Assembly: GCF_001194135.2 (NCBI RefSeq)
Contig: NC_068987.1
Location: forward strand, 19,026,188 to 19,090,187
DNA length: 64,000 nucleotides
Origin: Octopus bimaculoides
Taxonomy: Eukaryota
Direction of reading: 5' to 3'
Of this stretch, positions 36,701 through 50,437 are shown piece after piece. The position numbers and the translations under genes are program-made. A model generated the notes under the pieces. The model had not been told where the DNA came from. It saw nothing but the letters and a program-made list of their open reading frames with translations, and did not search any database. Position 1 is the stretch's first letter; each line of letters opens with the position of its first letter.

Positions 36701-36870
36701 AGGCGCAGGAGTGGCTGTGTGGTAAGAAGTTTGCTCCCCAACCACATGGTTCTGGGTTCAGTTCCACTGCGTGGCACCTTGGACAAGTGTCTTCTTTTAT
36801 AGCCTCGGGCCGACCAAAGCCTTGTGAGTGGATATGGCAGACGGAAACTGAAAGAAGCCCGTCGTATAGG
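36701..36870 (+). mobile_element. SINE family 2, 5' half
   Basis: GGCGCAGGAGTGGCTGTGTGGTAAG...GAAAGAAGCCCGTCGTAT. Further partial or decayed copies lie near 990-1185, 21690-21875, 23125-23290, 31090-31240, 39055-39395, 43150-43270, 45375-45670, 50150-50310 and 58760-58930. Confidence 0.8.
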
Positions 36871-36884
36871 GCTGCTTACCCAGT

Positions 36885-37100
36885 TCCATGACTTATAAGT
36901 GACTGAAATTACAATGTTCCCTCCAAATGGGATGTCAGTACATAGTAGGGTATGTCATTTACAGCTGAGTGGACTGGAGTAATATGAAATGAAGTGCTTT
37001 GCTCAAGAACACCACGTATACTCAGTCCAGGAATTGAAACCATGATCTTGAGATTGGAAGTGCAATACCCTACCTAACCACTAGGCCATGCACCTTCACA
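36885..37100 (-). mobile_element. SINE family 4 (tRNA head, CORE-like), decayed
   Basis: CAGCTGAGTGGACTGGAG...AAGTGCTTTGCTCAAGAACAC...GGAATTGAAACC...AACCACTAGGCCA. Related + strand fragment at ~5735-5790. Confidence 0.6.
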
Positions 37101-37134
37101 GCATGACATTAAAAGTTAAATATTTCCAGAAGGT

Positions 37135-37350
37135 TAAGGTGGTGAGCTGGCAGAAATGTTAGCATGCAGGTGAAATGCTTAGCGGTATTTCATCTGTCTT
37201 TACATTCTGAGTTCAAATTCTGCTGAGGTCGACTTTGCCTTTCATCCTTTCAGGGTCGATAAATTAAGTACCAGTTATGTACTGTGGTCGATCTAATCGA
37301 CTGGCTCCCTCCCCCAAAATTTCAGGCCTTGTGCCTCGAGTAGAAAAGAA
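37135..37350 (+). mobile_element. SINE family 3 with a Meta-domain-like core
   Basis: GAGTTCAAATTC B-box-like, then GCCTTTCATCCTTTCAGGGTCGATAAATTAAGTACCAG. Other copies lie near 5905-6170, 9648-9790, 10745-10930, 11440-11900 (three tandem fragments) and 63880-63980. Confidence 0.8.
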
Positions 37351-38097
37351 TATTTCCAGAAGGTTGATAACATAGAAAACACACAAAAGTTAATATTTAA
37401 AGTTTGTTTTTCATGATGCAATATGTGGGAATTGAGGAAAACTAATTAGTGATGCAGTTCATATTGTGTTACTGCTGTTAGTAGTAAATACAAATATCAA
37501 TTCATATCTTGTGTGTGGAATATTCCACTCCATGTATCAATTCAGGTTTCTATGGCAGTTGTCCAAGTCTCAGCTTATTAGATTTTGAGTCTTTTTTAAA
37601 ATCTAACAGTGGTGCCAAGAGACTGAAAAAACCTCATCTCTATTTAGCATGTATGACTGGTTAGTTAGAATATTAATTTTTAACCAATTGAATCTACCAT
37701 TAAATATGTTAGCATTCCATGCAGATGACAACCCAGGGTATTTTTTTATACTTACTTTTGTGATGATTATTTCATGTTATACCATCATTAAATAGTAGTT
37801 CATGTATTTTTAAAATTTAATTGTATTCTATGCATGAGGTAAGAGACCTTAGGATGATCTAGCAAAGAGCAGCAAATTCATGTTATTTCATAGTCTCCAC
37901 TCAGATCTATTCATATTATAATTACATTTCGGTTGACCAGCATTTAGAACACTGAAATATTCCCACAACCAGAGCCTTGAATTTCTTTCAAATGACAGCA
38001 GCAGATCAATGGGAGCAACTGGTGCAGGTGGCATCATATTGCCAAGATAGGCTAGAAGCAAACAACTAGCATGAAGTTTTATGGCCTGTATGTGTAT

Positions 38098-38477
38098 GTT
38101 GGCACTCCGTCGCTTACGACATCGAGGGTTCCAGTTGATCCAATCAACGGAACAGCCTGCTCGTGAAATTAACGTGCAAGTGGCTGAGCACTCCACAGAC
38201 ACGTGTACCCTTAACATAGTTCTCGGGGATATTCAGCGTGACACAGTGTGACAAGGCCGACCCTTTGAATTACAGGCACAACAGAAACAGGAAGAAAGAG
38301 TGAGAGAAAGTTGTGGTGAAAGAGTACAGCAGGGTTCGCCACCATCCCCTGCCGGAGCCTCGTGGAGCTTTAGGTGTTTCGCTCAATAAACACTCACAAC
38401 GCCCGGTATGGGAATCGAAACCGCAATCCTATGACCACGAGTCTGCTGCCCGAACCACTGGGCCATTGCGCCTCCAC
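38098..38477 (-). mobile_element. SINE family 1, full length
   Basis: Reverse complement begins GTGGAGGCGCAATGGCCCAGTGG (A-box-like) ... GGTTTCGATTCCC (B-box-like). Close match to 41473-41850. Confidence 0.85.
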
Positions 38478-39939
38478 GGCCTGTATACACACCAAGTTAA
38501 ATGGTACTACAAGGTTAGAAACCCTTTCAGCCACATTGACAAAACTCCTGCATTCTCATACAAGTTCAGTTGTTTTGATTTGATTTTGCCACAGAGTGAT
38601 GTCCATGTCGATACCCCCACACCCCAAAAAACTGGCGCTAATTTAGCATCAGTACCTAGCAGATAAGACTATGTGGGTCATATAGTATCATTGTGGAAGT
38701 TAGGATATTCCATCCATCTGCAGCACTGAAAATTGTGACTTCTATAATCTTAAGCACACTGATGTAGTATGGGCAGGAGCAGTTGTGGTCTTCATTGATG
38801 ACTGCTGAAATTTTTGGGGCTACATGTGGTGGAGTTTTCACTGCAGTGGACATGAAATACCACTACTTACATTGCTTCAGGCACACAAATGGAATAGCAA
38901 AAAGTGAAAACAGTTGTGACTCTCTGGGCCCCTGCATGGATGCATCCCTTGTTTTAAGTTTCATGTGGTTGAAATCATTGTCTTCATTAATCACCAAAGA
39001 ACAGACATAACATCTTCCTCTTGTTTCCTTGCTTCTTTATTCATTTGCTTTCTCATCTTTTGTTTTAGTCATTAGGCTGCAGTCCTGTTGAGGTACCACT
39101 TTGAATATTGTAGTCAAACAAATCAACCTTATTTTCACAAGCCTGGTACTTATTCTATTGGTAACTTTTTTGTTGAACCACTAAGTTAAGGTATGTAAGC
39201 AAACTAAAGCCAGTTGCCAAGTGGTTGTGGGGGTCTAAGATACACATACAACAGGCTTCTTTCAATTTCCTCCACCAAATCTGCTCACAAGGCTTTGATC
39301 AGCCTGGGGCTATAGTAGAAAACACTTGCTCAAAGTGCCACTGAACTTGGAATCATGTGACTGAGAAGCAAACTTCTTACCGTACAGCCATACCTGGCAG
39401 CTGCTAGATCATTTTTGAAGTTTGACAGATGTACTATTATCATATTACATAGTAGGCATTCATTGGTTTTGAGAGATCATGGATCTGTACTTGAAGTTGT
39501 ATTAGTTGCTGATGGTGGTGCAGTATCTGCTGTGGTTGCAGAGGTCTACTAATCGAGAGAGGCAGTCACACATACAGCAAGTGCATTTGAAGGTGCTCTC
39601 TACCAGTGCTACTGGTTTCCTCTCAGGTCACCTCAGCAAATGTACAAGCCCAAAACTATTGTGTATCTTCTACATTTACACCTCTATTCTACCCCCTCTC
39701 AAATGCCTACTTCTGGCACTGCTTCTTCTATTCCCCTCCTTAGGCTACCAAGAACTTTAGTATTGGGGCCACAAGAAAATGCACCCAGTATATTCTGTAA
39801 AGTGTGCTTTTTTATGTATGCAAGTGTGTATATATATTTATATATAAATACACACCCACATAATACTTATAAATATATAATGTATGTAATAATGTACATA
39901 TCACAAACAATAGCATATTTATTTATTCTTTTCTGCTCT

Positions 39940-40140
39940 AGGCACAAGGCCCAAAATTTGGGGGGAGGGGGCCAGTCAATTAGATTGACCCCAGTACGCA
40001 ACTGGTACTTAATTTATCGACCCCAAAAGGATGAAAGGCAGAGTCGACCTCCGCGGAATTTGAACTCAGAACATAAAGACAGACGAAATACCACTAAGCA
40101 TTTCGCCTGGCATGCTAACGTTTCTGCCAGCTTACCACCT
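39940..40140 (-). mobile_element. SINE family 3
   Basis: Reverse complement of 37135-37350. Confidence 0.82.
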
Positions 40141-41472
40141 TATATTTATTTATTGGTTACTGAAAAAAAGATGGAAGGTCATGGGTGGAATACTTTTCAT
40201 TATCAGTCTACTGGATCAGAAACAACAGCAATAACTTGCTTCAGGATTGCATACATGATTTTATGCACTAAGGTTACCTAACATGTTAGAAATAACAGCT
40301 AGATTCCTCATAAGTACATACTTGTTGTTAAAAATCTGTAGAAATATTGAAGGTAATCTTTCATTTTCTGATCCAGAAACAGAAAATAAAATAATGTTCA
40401 GCAGTATTCAACTAAAACTTGACAATAAAATGACAAAGGAAGAATATTCTTTGAGACTGAAAGTTTATTTCAACACTGTTTATATATATANNNNNNNNNN
40501 NNNNNNNNNNNNNNNNNNNNNNNNNNNNNNNNNNNNNNNNNNNNNNNNNNNNNNNNNNNNNNNNNNNNNNNNNNNNNNNNNNNNNNNNNNNNNNNNNNNN
40601 NNNNNNNNNNNNATATATAAGAAATGGATGGCTGTTACATGACAAGCACCAGTAAGAGCTGTAGACAACCTTGTAACATGCAGAATATTAACAAATAAAC
40701 ACATTCTAGAAAATATAATACAAAATCATAAGCTATAGATTCATTTTATTTTAATGGTTCTTTTCATTTTATATTTATTTTCCATAAATTAACTGTGGTT
40801 ACATGTATCTATCTATAGCAAATGCATGTATATTTATCAATTTAGTTCCCTGCCAAACCAAATTTCCTGGCCCCTCAATTTACATCCTAGCTCCCTCATC
40901 CCTGTATCTCTTCACACATAAACCTCCATCTCTTAATCACCTTGTCAAACTGCATCATCTATATTTCAACCCTCTCCCCACAAATAAGGAGCTGTATTGA
41001 ACCAAGCTAACCAGTACACTCTAGCTTCAACCTGTTCTAGTACTAGCTAGCACTCTCAATCCTCTGGGTCAGTTTATTGCCACCCAAAATCTATCCTTAC
41101 TTTTATCTCATCATTCACTGTTACCTTTATGTACCTCCACTATTGCAAGTAACCTCCTCTAACTCCCCATACATATCCATTTTTCCCTTCCACCTTCTCT
41201 TCCATTCTTGCCCTCCTTGTCTGCTTCCTTCTAGGGCACCTCAACAAATGTACATGCCCAAAACCATTGTGTATTCTCTACATTTACACCCCTATCCTGC
41301 CCACTCTCAAATGCCTACTTCTGGCATTGCTTCTATTCCCTTCTTTAGATTACCAAAACCTTTAGTGTTGGTGCCACATGAAAATGCACCTAGCATATTC
41401 TGTAAAGTGGTTGGCAATAGGAAGGGCATTCAGATGTAGAAACAATGCTAAATGGCATGTCCAGGCACTACT

Positions 41473-41850
41473 GGCACTCCATTGCTTACGACGTCGAGGG
41501 TTCCAGTTGATCCGATCAACGGAACAGCCTGCTTGTGAAATTAACGAGCAAGTGGCTGAGATACTCCACAGACACGTGTACCCTTAACATAGTTCTTGGG
41601 GATATTTAGCGTGATACAGTGTGACAAGGCTGACCCCTTTGAATTACAGGCACAACAGAAACAGGAAGTAAGAGTGAGAGAAAGTTGTGGTGAAAGAGTA
41701 CAGCAGGGTTCGCCACCATCCTCTGCCGGAGCCTCGTGGAGCTTCAGGTGTTTTCACTCAATAAACTCACAACGCCCAGTCTGGGAATCGCAACCGTGAT
41801 CCTATGACCGCGATTCCGCTGCCCTAACCACTGGGCCATTGTGCTTCCAC
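41473..41850 (-). mobile_element. SINE family 1, full length
   Basis: Aligns along its length with 38098-38477. Confidence 0.85.
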
Positions 41851-42805
41851 CCAGGCACTACTATTTAGGGAGGAAATAGCTTCCAATAAGAAATTACTCA
41901 GATAATGATGACTCGTCCAACATATGCCAGCATAGAAAGCAGACAAATGATGGCAAGGAAATTTGTAGGATTATTGTAGAATTATTTTTAAGTGTTCACA
42001 GCAACATGTTCTTTTGATAATATTTCTCCAAATAGATATAGTTATTACCATAGAAAGAACTAATGAAATTATGCTGACATTTCTAAGGGAAATGTAAAAT
42101 ATCAATGGTAACCAAACAATGATATAATCGTTTTTGTAATCAAACTGGAGGTTATAGTCAACCTAAAGTGAAATTAACCAATATTAAGATACTTGATGCC
42201 AAAAAAATTTCAGTGGAAGCACAATATTTTTCAATAAATAATTTTGACAGCTTACACTACGATATTTACTCAATAAAATAGGTCGTGCATTTGTCCTTTC
42301 ATTGTCATTTAATGTCCAATTTTCCATGTCTGCACAGGTCAGATGGAATTTATTGAAGCAGATTTTCTATGGCCTGATACCCTTCCTGTCTCCAAGCAAA
42401 GTCATATTTTTCTATAGCCAGACGTGTTTTCATAGAAGATTGGAAATAAAAACAACACTGATTTTATGATGGTGACACTCGTTTAAAACTATCCTGCAAT
42501 GTCAAAATAAGGAGACACAAACACACATATATATATATATATGGCATCATTATTTAATGCTTGTTTTCCATGCTGGCATGGGTTGGATGGTTTCGCTAGA
42601 GCTGACAAGCTAGAAAATAGTACTAGGTTTCAATCATGCGTTTTGGCTCGGTTTCTATGGCTGAATGCCCTTCCTAATGTCAACCACTTTATAGAGTGTA
42701 CTGGGTACTTATTACATGGCATCAGCACAGGTGCTTTTTATGTGACACCAGCATCAACACCTTCAACTGGGGCTGGGGTGGGGTGGGGCATTAACCAAGA
42801 TAATT

Positions 42806-42844
<39 letters not shown>

Positions 42845-43034
42845 CTGATCATTTCTGTCAATCAAACTCACTGACAAGGCTCAGGTGTTATAGAAGACAA
42901 AGGTGTCACACAGTGGGAGCAAACCTGAAATTGGGCAGTTGGGAAGCAAACTTCTTAATATTTTCAGTTGTGTCTAATTTGTTTCTTTACTACTGAATAA
43001 GGTCCCTTACTTTGTGATAATATTCCTCAGTTGT

Positions 43035-43035
<1 letters not shown>

Positions 43036-43072
<37 letters not shown>
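43036..43072 (+). repeat. Poly(A) tract, 37 nt
   Basis: Read directly. A poly(T) tract lies at 52674-52701. Confidence 0.95.
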
Positions 43073-43073
<1 letters not shown>

Positions 43074-43777
43074 CAAAAGTATCATTTCTTTATCATCATT
43101 TTTATGTCACATTAGATAAGACTTTTTGAAGAAGTATTCTACAGCTAGATGCCCATCCAAATTTCACTCACAAGGTATGGGTCAACCAATATAAAGGAAG
43201 AGTAGAAGACATTTGCTCAAAGTGCTACCATGTGGTTGTGAGTCAAACTGCTTAGCCATATAGCCATGCCTTAGAAACAATGCATTTATTAAAAATATCA
43301 GAGTATTAAGTTTAATGTGGATGCATTTTCTGTTATTTGGTTGATGAAGCTGACAAGCAAAGTTTGCTGTCCCAGTCAAATTGATCTTCACAATAAATTT
43401 GACTCTTCTCACAGTACAGATTCCGCCAGTAAATGTTCCTTCTATCAATATTCATGAAGTTGCTTTAAAATAACAGCCTTATTTTAACATTTACCTTTGT
43501 GGCTGTATAATATTGCAGTGATATAAGAGAAAGTGAATTTTCCACTTGTAACTCAACCATATTTTCTCTCTTCTGAGCAAACATGTGTATGATATATATC
43601 ATGTGTAGATAATATTTTGCCATCGACGTTGCAATGTCATAAATTTTCATGTGTGAAGATTTTTGCATGCAGTTAAATTATTTCTTTGAGAAAATGATCC
43701 AACACAAATAACACTCTCTATAAATATGTTTGAGTTAATGTAAATTACTCAGCTGGAAAAATATTTTCTTACATATT

Positions 43778-44632
43778 TCAGGGTGGGAGGGATTCTCCTT
43801 CTGAATGAAGAGATTTGTGTCTTGTGAAATTGCTACTTCGAGAAAAAGCCTTTCCACATATATCACATTCATATGGTATCTCTCCTGTGTGAACACGTTC
43901 ATGACTCGATAAAAAACCACGACTGGAAAATGTTTTGTCACAAACATGACACTGGTGTTTCTCTTCAGTGTGAATATGCAGGTGTTTGTGGTAGCTACCA
44001 TTATAAGCAAATTTTTCACCACAAATATCACACTGGTATGGTTTCTCTCCTGTATGAACACGTTGATGCCATGCCAGATAAGAAATTTTAGAAAACTTTC
44101 TACCACAGATTTCACACTTATATGGTTTTTCACCTATATGACGGCGTTTGTGATGGAATAATTTATCTTTGCATATAAACATTTTCCCACAGATATGACA
44201 TTCATATGATTTCTCTCCTGTGCGAATAGGTTTATGGCTAGTTAAATCATTACTTTGAGAGTCTGTCATGTCAGAGTGACATAGTATCTCACCTGTGTGT
44301 GTATCATTGTGTGTAGTTAAGGCACTATTTGGAGACACTGTTTCTTCAGTGATATCACAGTGATATGACCTTTCTCCTGTCTGAACACAATAGTGGGAAT
44401 TTAGTAAACTATATTTAATAAATCTTTTATCACAAATTTGGCACTCATAAAATTTTGATCTTATGTGAAATAACTTATGTTCACTTAATTCACTTTGTAC
44501 TATGAATGCTCTTCCACAGATTTCACAGAGAGAAGGTTTTCCCTGAGATATTTTCAGTGTTTCATTAGAATGTTCTGTTCCTTTAAACTGTGTTATACCT
44601 TGAATCTGACTCTCACATAATTCTTTCTCCAT
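43778..44632 (-). CDS. ZNF-E C2H2 zinc-finger protein (284 aa; about 6 intact and 3 degenerate fingers)
   Basis: Open frame from MEKELCESQ, TGEKPY linkers, upstream acceptor TTTCAG (AG at 45129-45130). Flanks are paralogous to ZNF-D. Confidence 0.85.
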   Translation of the reverse strand: MEKELCESQIQGITQFKGTEHSNETLKISQGKPSLCEICGRAFIVQSELSEHKLFHIRSKFYECQICDKRFIKYSLLNSHYCVQTGERSYHCDITEETVSPNSALTTHNDTHTGEILCHSDMTDSQSNDLTSHKPIRTGEKSYECHICGKMFICKDKLFHHKRRHIGEKPYKCEICGRKFSKISYLAWHQRVHTGEKPYQCDICGEKFAYNGSYHKHLHIHTEEKHQCHVCDKTFSSRGFLSSHERVHTGEIPYECDICGKAFSRSSNFTRHKSLHSEGESLPP

Positions 44633-46867
44633 TGCCTTTTTTAAAAAATTTTATGCCACAACAATAATATATCTTTTCGTCTTTTCTAGCATTAAATTAC
44701 AACATTAATATATCTTCACTAACAGTGATATTTATTGAAGCCAGAGACTATTTCAGATCAGAATTAGTCATTTGCATAAAGACTGGCTTAGGTAAAAACC
44801 CCATTTCAGAAGAAAGCAGAAATTAAAATATTACTGAAACTACTCCAGTTAAAAAGTTATGTCGGTATGAAAATCCTAATAGAGGAAGCAGTTATGTCCT
44901 CACAGTAAGTTTTTCCAAGCTTAATCTAAAAAAAAAAAAAAATCCTTTTACACATACTTCCAGTTAATAAATATGATTCATAATTAATTTCAGGTCAAAA
45001 GAAATATATCTCTTTATATCAATCAAAGAATTTTGTTAAAGTTAGTTTTACTCCTGGTATAGTCCTTTACAGTTATGTTGATATATATTAAGTGTAAATG
45101 TTTTTTTAAGTCCATGCCATGAGGTATCCTGAAATATAGACAAAAATGTATATATGAGATAATTAAATGGTGATGTGATTAAAAAAAAAAAAAATTTATT
45201 AGAGAGAAAAGAGCCAGAAGAAATATGGGGAACTTCTTTCCTGCAATTTTCTATGCCTCTTTACTCAGAGATTCACTCTGCCATATACAACCAAACATTG
45301 ACCCTCATTGAAAATATTGTTGTTTCTACATAGCACCTGGGTAACATTGAGTAACTGATAATCATCAGCAATGTTTTATCTTTTATTTGCTTCTATTGAC
45401 TGTAGTCATGCTGGGGCACCGCCTTGAAGGGTTTTAGTCAAACAAATCAACCCCAGGACTTATGTTTTAAAACCTAGTCCTTATACTACCAAGTCTCTTT
45501 GCTGAACTGCTAAGTTACAGAGACGTAAATACACTAACACAGGTTGTCAAGCAGTAGTGGGGGACACACAGAGATACATTCACATAGATGTGTGATAGGC
45601 TGCTTTCAATTTCAGTATGACAAGCTTATCATCTAGCAAATCCACTCACAAGGCTCTGGTCGGCCCAAGTCTATATGAAGAGTGAATGGTTTTTCTGAGA
45701 CAACACTTTATAGTCAAATGTTCTTCCAGTTGACTCTTATGACATTTCTGACCAAAGTTGTTCCTGTCATGATTATCCTATCTTCTTGTACATCTATGAC
45801 TGTTCTTGGAATATCATTTTTAAGTCAGAAGGATGTGGTTTGGTGTAGAGTTTTGACCACTAATTCTTGCAGGTGGAACGACTTGTTTTAAAACAAAATC
45901 TACCAGATAAAGGAAAAAAAAAAAAAAAAGGAGTGATATAATTAAATGTTTATGTAAACGAAATGGTGGAATACAGAGTAGAATACATAATTAGGAGTAT
46001 TATGTTACTAAAACCAAATGAAATGGCTTCTACAAGAAAGCTAGATCTGCTTAATAAAGACTGACCAACATCAGCTCAATTTTTTGGGCGGGTGTGGTGA
46101 CGTTCGCTCATGTCCGCCACAGACGACAATAGTACAGTCTTGTTCTGTAACAGTCATTACAAGACTAGGGAATTTGACTTGGAATATTTTTCAACGGTGT
46201 GTCAAAAACTAATAAATAACCTCATTTTATTAAAAGTTTTATAAGGGCATCTGCTGGGTAGCATCGAATGAGAAATATAACTGCGAAAAATTAGCTTGTT
46301 TCATTAGAATATTTAACCTCTTTACAGTGGAAATTAGATATACACCCAAAATTTACAAATTTCATTATCCTTAACTGTGGAAAGCAGTTTTATATATATA
46401 CCAAACTATCCTTTGTTGAGGAATATAATACATAAAACTATTTTTTTGTGTGTGTTTATGTGTATTTGTTTGCTTGAAATTACAACCTTCGGTCTGAAAG
46501 AAATATACATTTGACAATGCAGTCTGCAATGTACAAGAATATTGGGGTGGAGTTTCGGAATAGTTGTTTCCCTAATTCTCGTACATCACAGGAAAGGGTA
46601 AAGGTTGAATTTTATTTTCACTTTTTACTATTCCTGTGTTTCGTGCAACGGAAATAATTACGATTCTGAATTTTTTCCCCAAAGATGTTTTAATTTTTCT
46701 TTTCTACAATTGTTTCCACTTCCGCACATTTTGCTGTTTTCTATGAGGAACTTCGTGGGGCAGCTATTCCAAAACTCCGCTTAATACTAGACAGTTGCAG
46801 TTGGAACAACCTTAAACATAGTAAAAAGCAACCAAAACGGATTTAGTTTTAATCTAAAAACAAAAAA

Positions 46868-47165
46868 ACTTACATATCATCCATAAACATCGCAGATTGG
46901 CACAGAACTCTTCGCTCCAACTTTCACTTCTTCAATTTCTTCCCAGCATCAAAATGAATACAGAAGTTCAATATCAATGTGTTTGTGTAGCAATTCACCA
47001 CAAAGCTGGACATCAGTTAACCTCATAAGTCTTCATTGAAAGCAAAATATGCCAAAAATGCTGGCAGGGACAACAAATACGAAATCCCAGAGAAAAGAGC
47101 GACAAAAAACAAACAAATTTTCAAAATGGAAAACAACACGTCCTGATTATCCGCGCATGCGCCGA
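46868..47165 (-). promoter_or_regulatory. Putative promoter and first exon of ZNF-E with an NRF1/Ewg-type GCGCATGCGC site
   Basis: GCGCATGCGC at 47153-47162 in a CpG-richer patch. Minus-strand donor GTAAGT at 46868-46873; acceptor at 45129-45130. Confidence 0.45.
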
Positions 47166-47374
47166 CGACCAAAATCGGATGCGGACGCTCACGAGATACT
47201 TACAACTGAAACGCGCAATGTGCGTCTTTTGCAAATGCCTTTCTTTATTTGAAGACATTCCAACCGTGACTATCTACTTATAAAATTGTTACATCCGTAA
47301 CCATCCCATCATTAAAAAATTTTTTTGAAGTGCATATTTTCCCTCTTTTTCTTTTCTCTCAATATTTTTGCTTT

Positions 47375-47537
47375 GGTAAATTTTCAGATTAACACCCGCA
47401 CGATTTTCACTAGGGTGTTAGGGTTTTAGGTTTAGTTTTAGGGTTAAGGTTACGGACGGAATTCCCTAACCTTAACACTAACCCCCTAACCCCAAAAGCC
47501 CCAGTGAAAATCGTGCGTGTTAATCTGAAAATTTATC
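47375..47537. repeat. Foldback element with degenerate TTAGGG then CCCTAA
   Basis: GGTAAATTTTCAGATTAACACCCGCACGATTTTCACT / AGTGAAAATCGTGCGTGTTAATCTGAAAATTTATC arms. Confidence 0.85.
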
Positions 47538-47647
47538 TTTTCTTCTCTTTGATGAAAGGATGACAGGTGTCACTTGAAATGTTAGATAAATATCGTACCA
47601 TGTAAGACGTTTTCTCAGCTAATCATCCAGTCGTAAATGTATTCACA

Positions 47648-48090
47648 ATGGAGAAAAACTATAACACTTTGATAAGGCATTCTCTAGTGGGTATAATTCA
47701 TCTTCTCAGAAATGTATTCGTACAGAAGAAAAACAATACCATTTTGATGTTTGTGGTAAGACATTTTTCTGGCAATAGTGAGGTCTCACCACAAACGTAT
47801 TCATGCGGACGTGATGCGTGTAGTAAAGGCCTTTATTTGCAAGAATGGGCTTTCTCGTCACAAATATATCTACAGAGAAAGAAAATTCTGTGAGTGCGAC
47901 GTCTGAGATAAAGCATTTTTAAGTAATAGTGAGCTATCTTGCCTCAAAGATAATCACAGAGATAGAGAAACCATACGGCCATGTTATCTGTGATAAAACT
48001 TTATCTCGTTGCAGTAATTTAATTTTCCTATAAACGTATTCCCGTGGAAGAAAAAAAAGATGTGATTGTGAAATTTGTGGTGTCATGTAG
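47648..48090 (+). pseudogene. Highly decayed C2H2 gene ZNF-F
   Basis: Broken finger fragments: MEKNY, CATTTTGATGTTTGTGGTAAGACATTTTCT (HFDVCGKTFS), GAGAAACCATAC (EKPY), TGTGAAATTTGTGGT (CEICG), with frameshifts. Confidence 0.7.
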
Positions 48091-50437
48091 TGGGAATTTG
48101 CTATCTTTGTTGTAGTGGTGACTTGCTAGTGTATGTTTTTAAAGACCATCATTGCGTAGTCGGTGATCTAAGCTGGTTGTGTATATAATAAATGAAGCCA
48201 ACTCACGAACTTTTAACTTATTTATTGATGGAAATGAATTACTGTGTTACTATCTAGAAAAGAAACACGTAGATAATATAACTACTGGCTGGGATGACAG
48301 CACGTTGCGTCTCGTTGAAGGCTAACTCTGGTACACTGTATGTGAAGATTTCACATTGTATCTTGCACGAAGTGGTCTGCTTGAATGAAGTGCCTAATTG
48401 TTTTAATAGGGTGAAAAGGGAGAGAATTTTAGATCATCCGTGAAGCAATATCACACCAAAGCTTCACGCTGATTGGTCGAAATAATAATGATATTAACTA
48501 TGGACTAGCCGAACTCTTATAAAGAGTAGTAGTCGGAGTGAGCATTTTGGTAGTCTCACTGAGTACATTGTATGAACACATTGATTTAACTTCTACTACA
48601 TAATTTATCTATACCAACCTGTGGCAGGATATAAAATATTTTGAAGAAAATATTTACAAGGCAGACAGATGTTCTCTCTAATATATTCTATTTAAAAGGT
48701 CTAATAATATATCACCCAATGAAGTACTGAAACCATGTTCCAAGTTCTTACTTATTGAAACCACCCTTGGCAGTGGTGAGAGACAGACATACTTCATTGA
48801 AACCCATGATCAGAATGCTATTGTAAGGTAATCATTTTGTAAACCTACTGTCACTGGTTCTTTCTCTAGAGAAACAAAAAACAAAACAATGACAGAATTG
48901 TTAGAGTATCATACAAAATGCTTGGCATTTCATTACGTCCTTTACATATTCTGTGTTTAAATTTTTTGAGTTTTTTTTTTTTAAATCCTAAATTAGTAAC
49001 CTACTGAGGAACAATGTTTTGAACCATTCTCAAGTGAGATGACCAAACAACTACAACATTGTTTTCTACAAAGAGAGGTGTTCTTGGCTAAGGTGGCTGT
49101 TGGAGTCATGGATCTGTTCAGTCAGAACTGACCTGCAGTGAAACAGCAAATGTTGCACAAGCCAACTAAACCAAACTGCTACAGTATAGGGCTTTCCTAT
49201 AAGTAGGTTATCTCCCTTGGCTAGGCGGCGCTCCATGTAGACAATTAAACTTCCACAGACTATCCACGCTATTGTTTCGATGATTCAGCTATCGAAGTAC
49301 TTACTGTGCCTAAGTAGCTGTGAAGTGTCCAAGTTATTAGATGAAACGCCTCACTATATTTGTTCCAATCCTCTGAGCTCTGAGTTCAAAGCTCAGCAAT
49401 GTCAACTTTCATCCATTCAGGGATTGATGAAAAAATATTAATCTGGAGCAGTGGGTTGGAGAAACTGTCAGAACTCTAGACCAGATGCCTTGCAGTATTA
49501 GCCCTGGCTCATTGTGTCTGCAGTTCAAATCTTGCCATGGCCTTCTTGTATGGTAGACTTAGTATGTTGACTGGTTTAACTCCACCACCTTGGTTGACTT
49601 TAGCAGGGACTACTCAACTACATTAAGGCTTGGTATCTGATTTGAGGAAACCTTTCTCCCTCCCTACCTCCCACCAGTTCTGAGGAGCCCTGTAAATGGG
49701 GTTATAGGCACTGACTTCTCTCCATAAAAAAAAGGAGCCTTGATGCAGTAACTCAGTTTGCTAGAAAAGACAAATTAAATCCTGCAATAAAGTACATTAA
49801 TAGTGTAGTGTACGATGGCTGAAATAAAGACAGAGTTGGATGATAACAGCTAGAATATTTTCAGTCATTGGTCTGCTTGATAAGTCTAAACAATAACAAC
49901 AAATTCTACAGAAGGAACACAATTTCACCTGTCTGTCTAGTGCTTGACTTACCTCATTATAATTTATTCCATTCACAGAATACATTTCATTATTCACCCT
50001 TTCTCAGTGATACTTTTTAAATTTTTCATTTACCAAAAATGTGAACTTCAATTTCTAATAACTTGTTATTTTAGCCCCAGGTCAGCATTGAGAAAGCAGA
50101 CTTATGATTAAAGGTAATCCAGCTGTGATTATCCAGCCTTTTTATATATAGGCGCAAGTGTGGCAAGAAGCTTGCTTCTCAACAACATGGTTCCAGGTTC
50201 AGTCCCACTGCACAACACCTTGGGCAAGTGTTATCTATTATATCCTCAGGCCAACCCAAGCCTTGTGAGTGAATTTGGTAGACAGAAACTGAAAGAAAAC
50301 CATCATATATATATATGGAGCCTGGTGTTGCCATCCGGTTTCACCAGTCCTCAGTCAAATCGTCCAACCCATGCTAGCATGGAAAGCGGACGTTAAACGA
50401 CGATGATGATGATGATGATGATATATATGTATGTATA

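Noticed and set aside
17691-41850. tRNA-like A/B boxes at SINE heads as tRNA genes
   Set aside because: No complete cloverleaf, and each continues into SINE body sequence.
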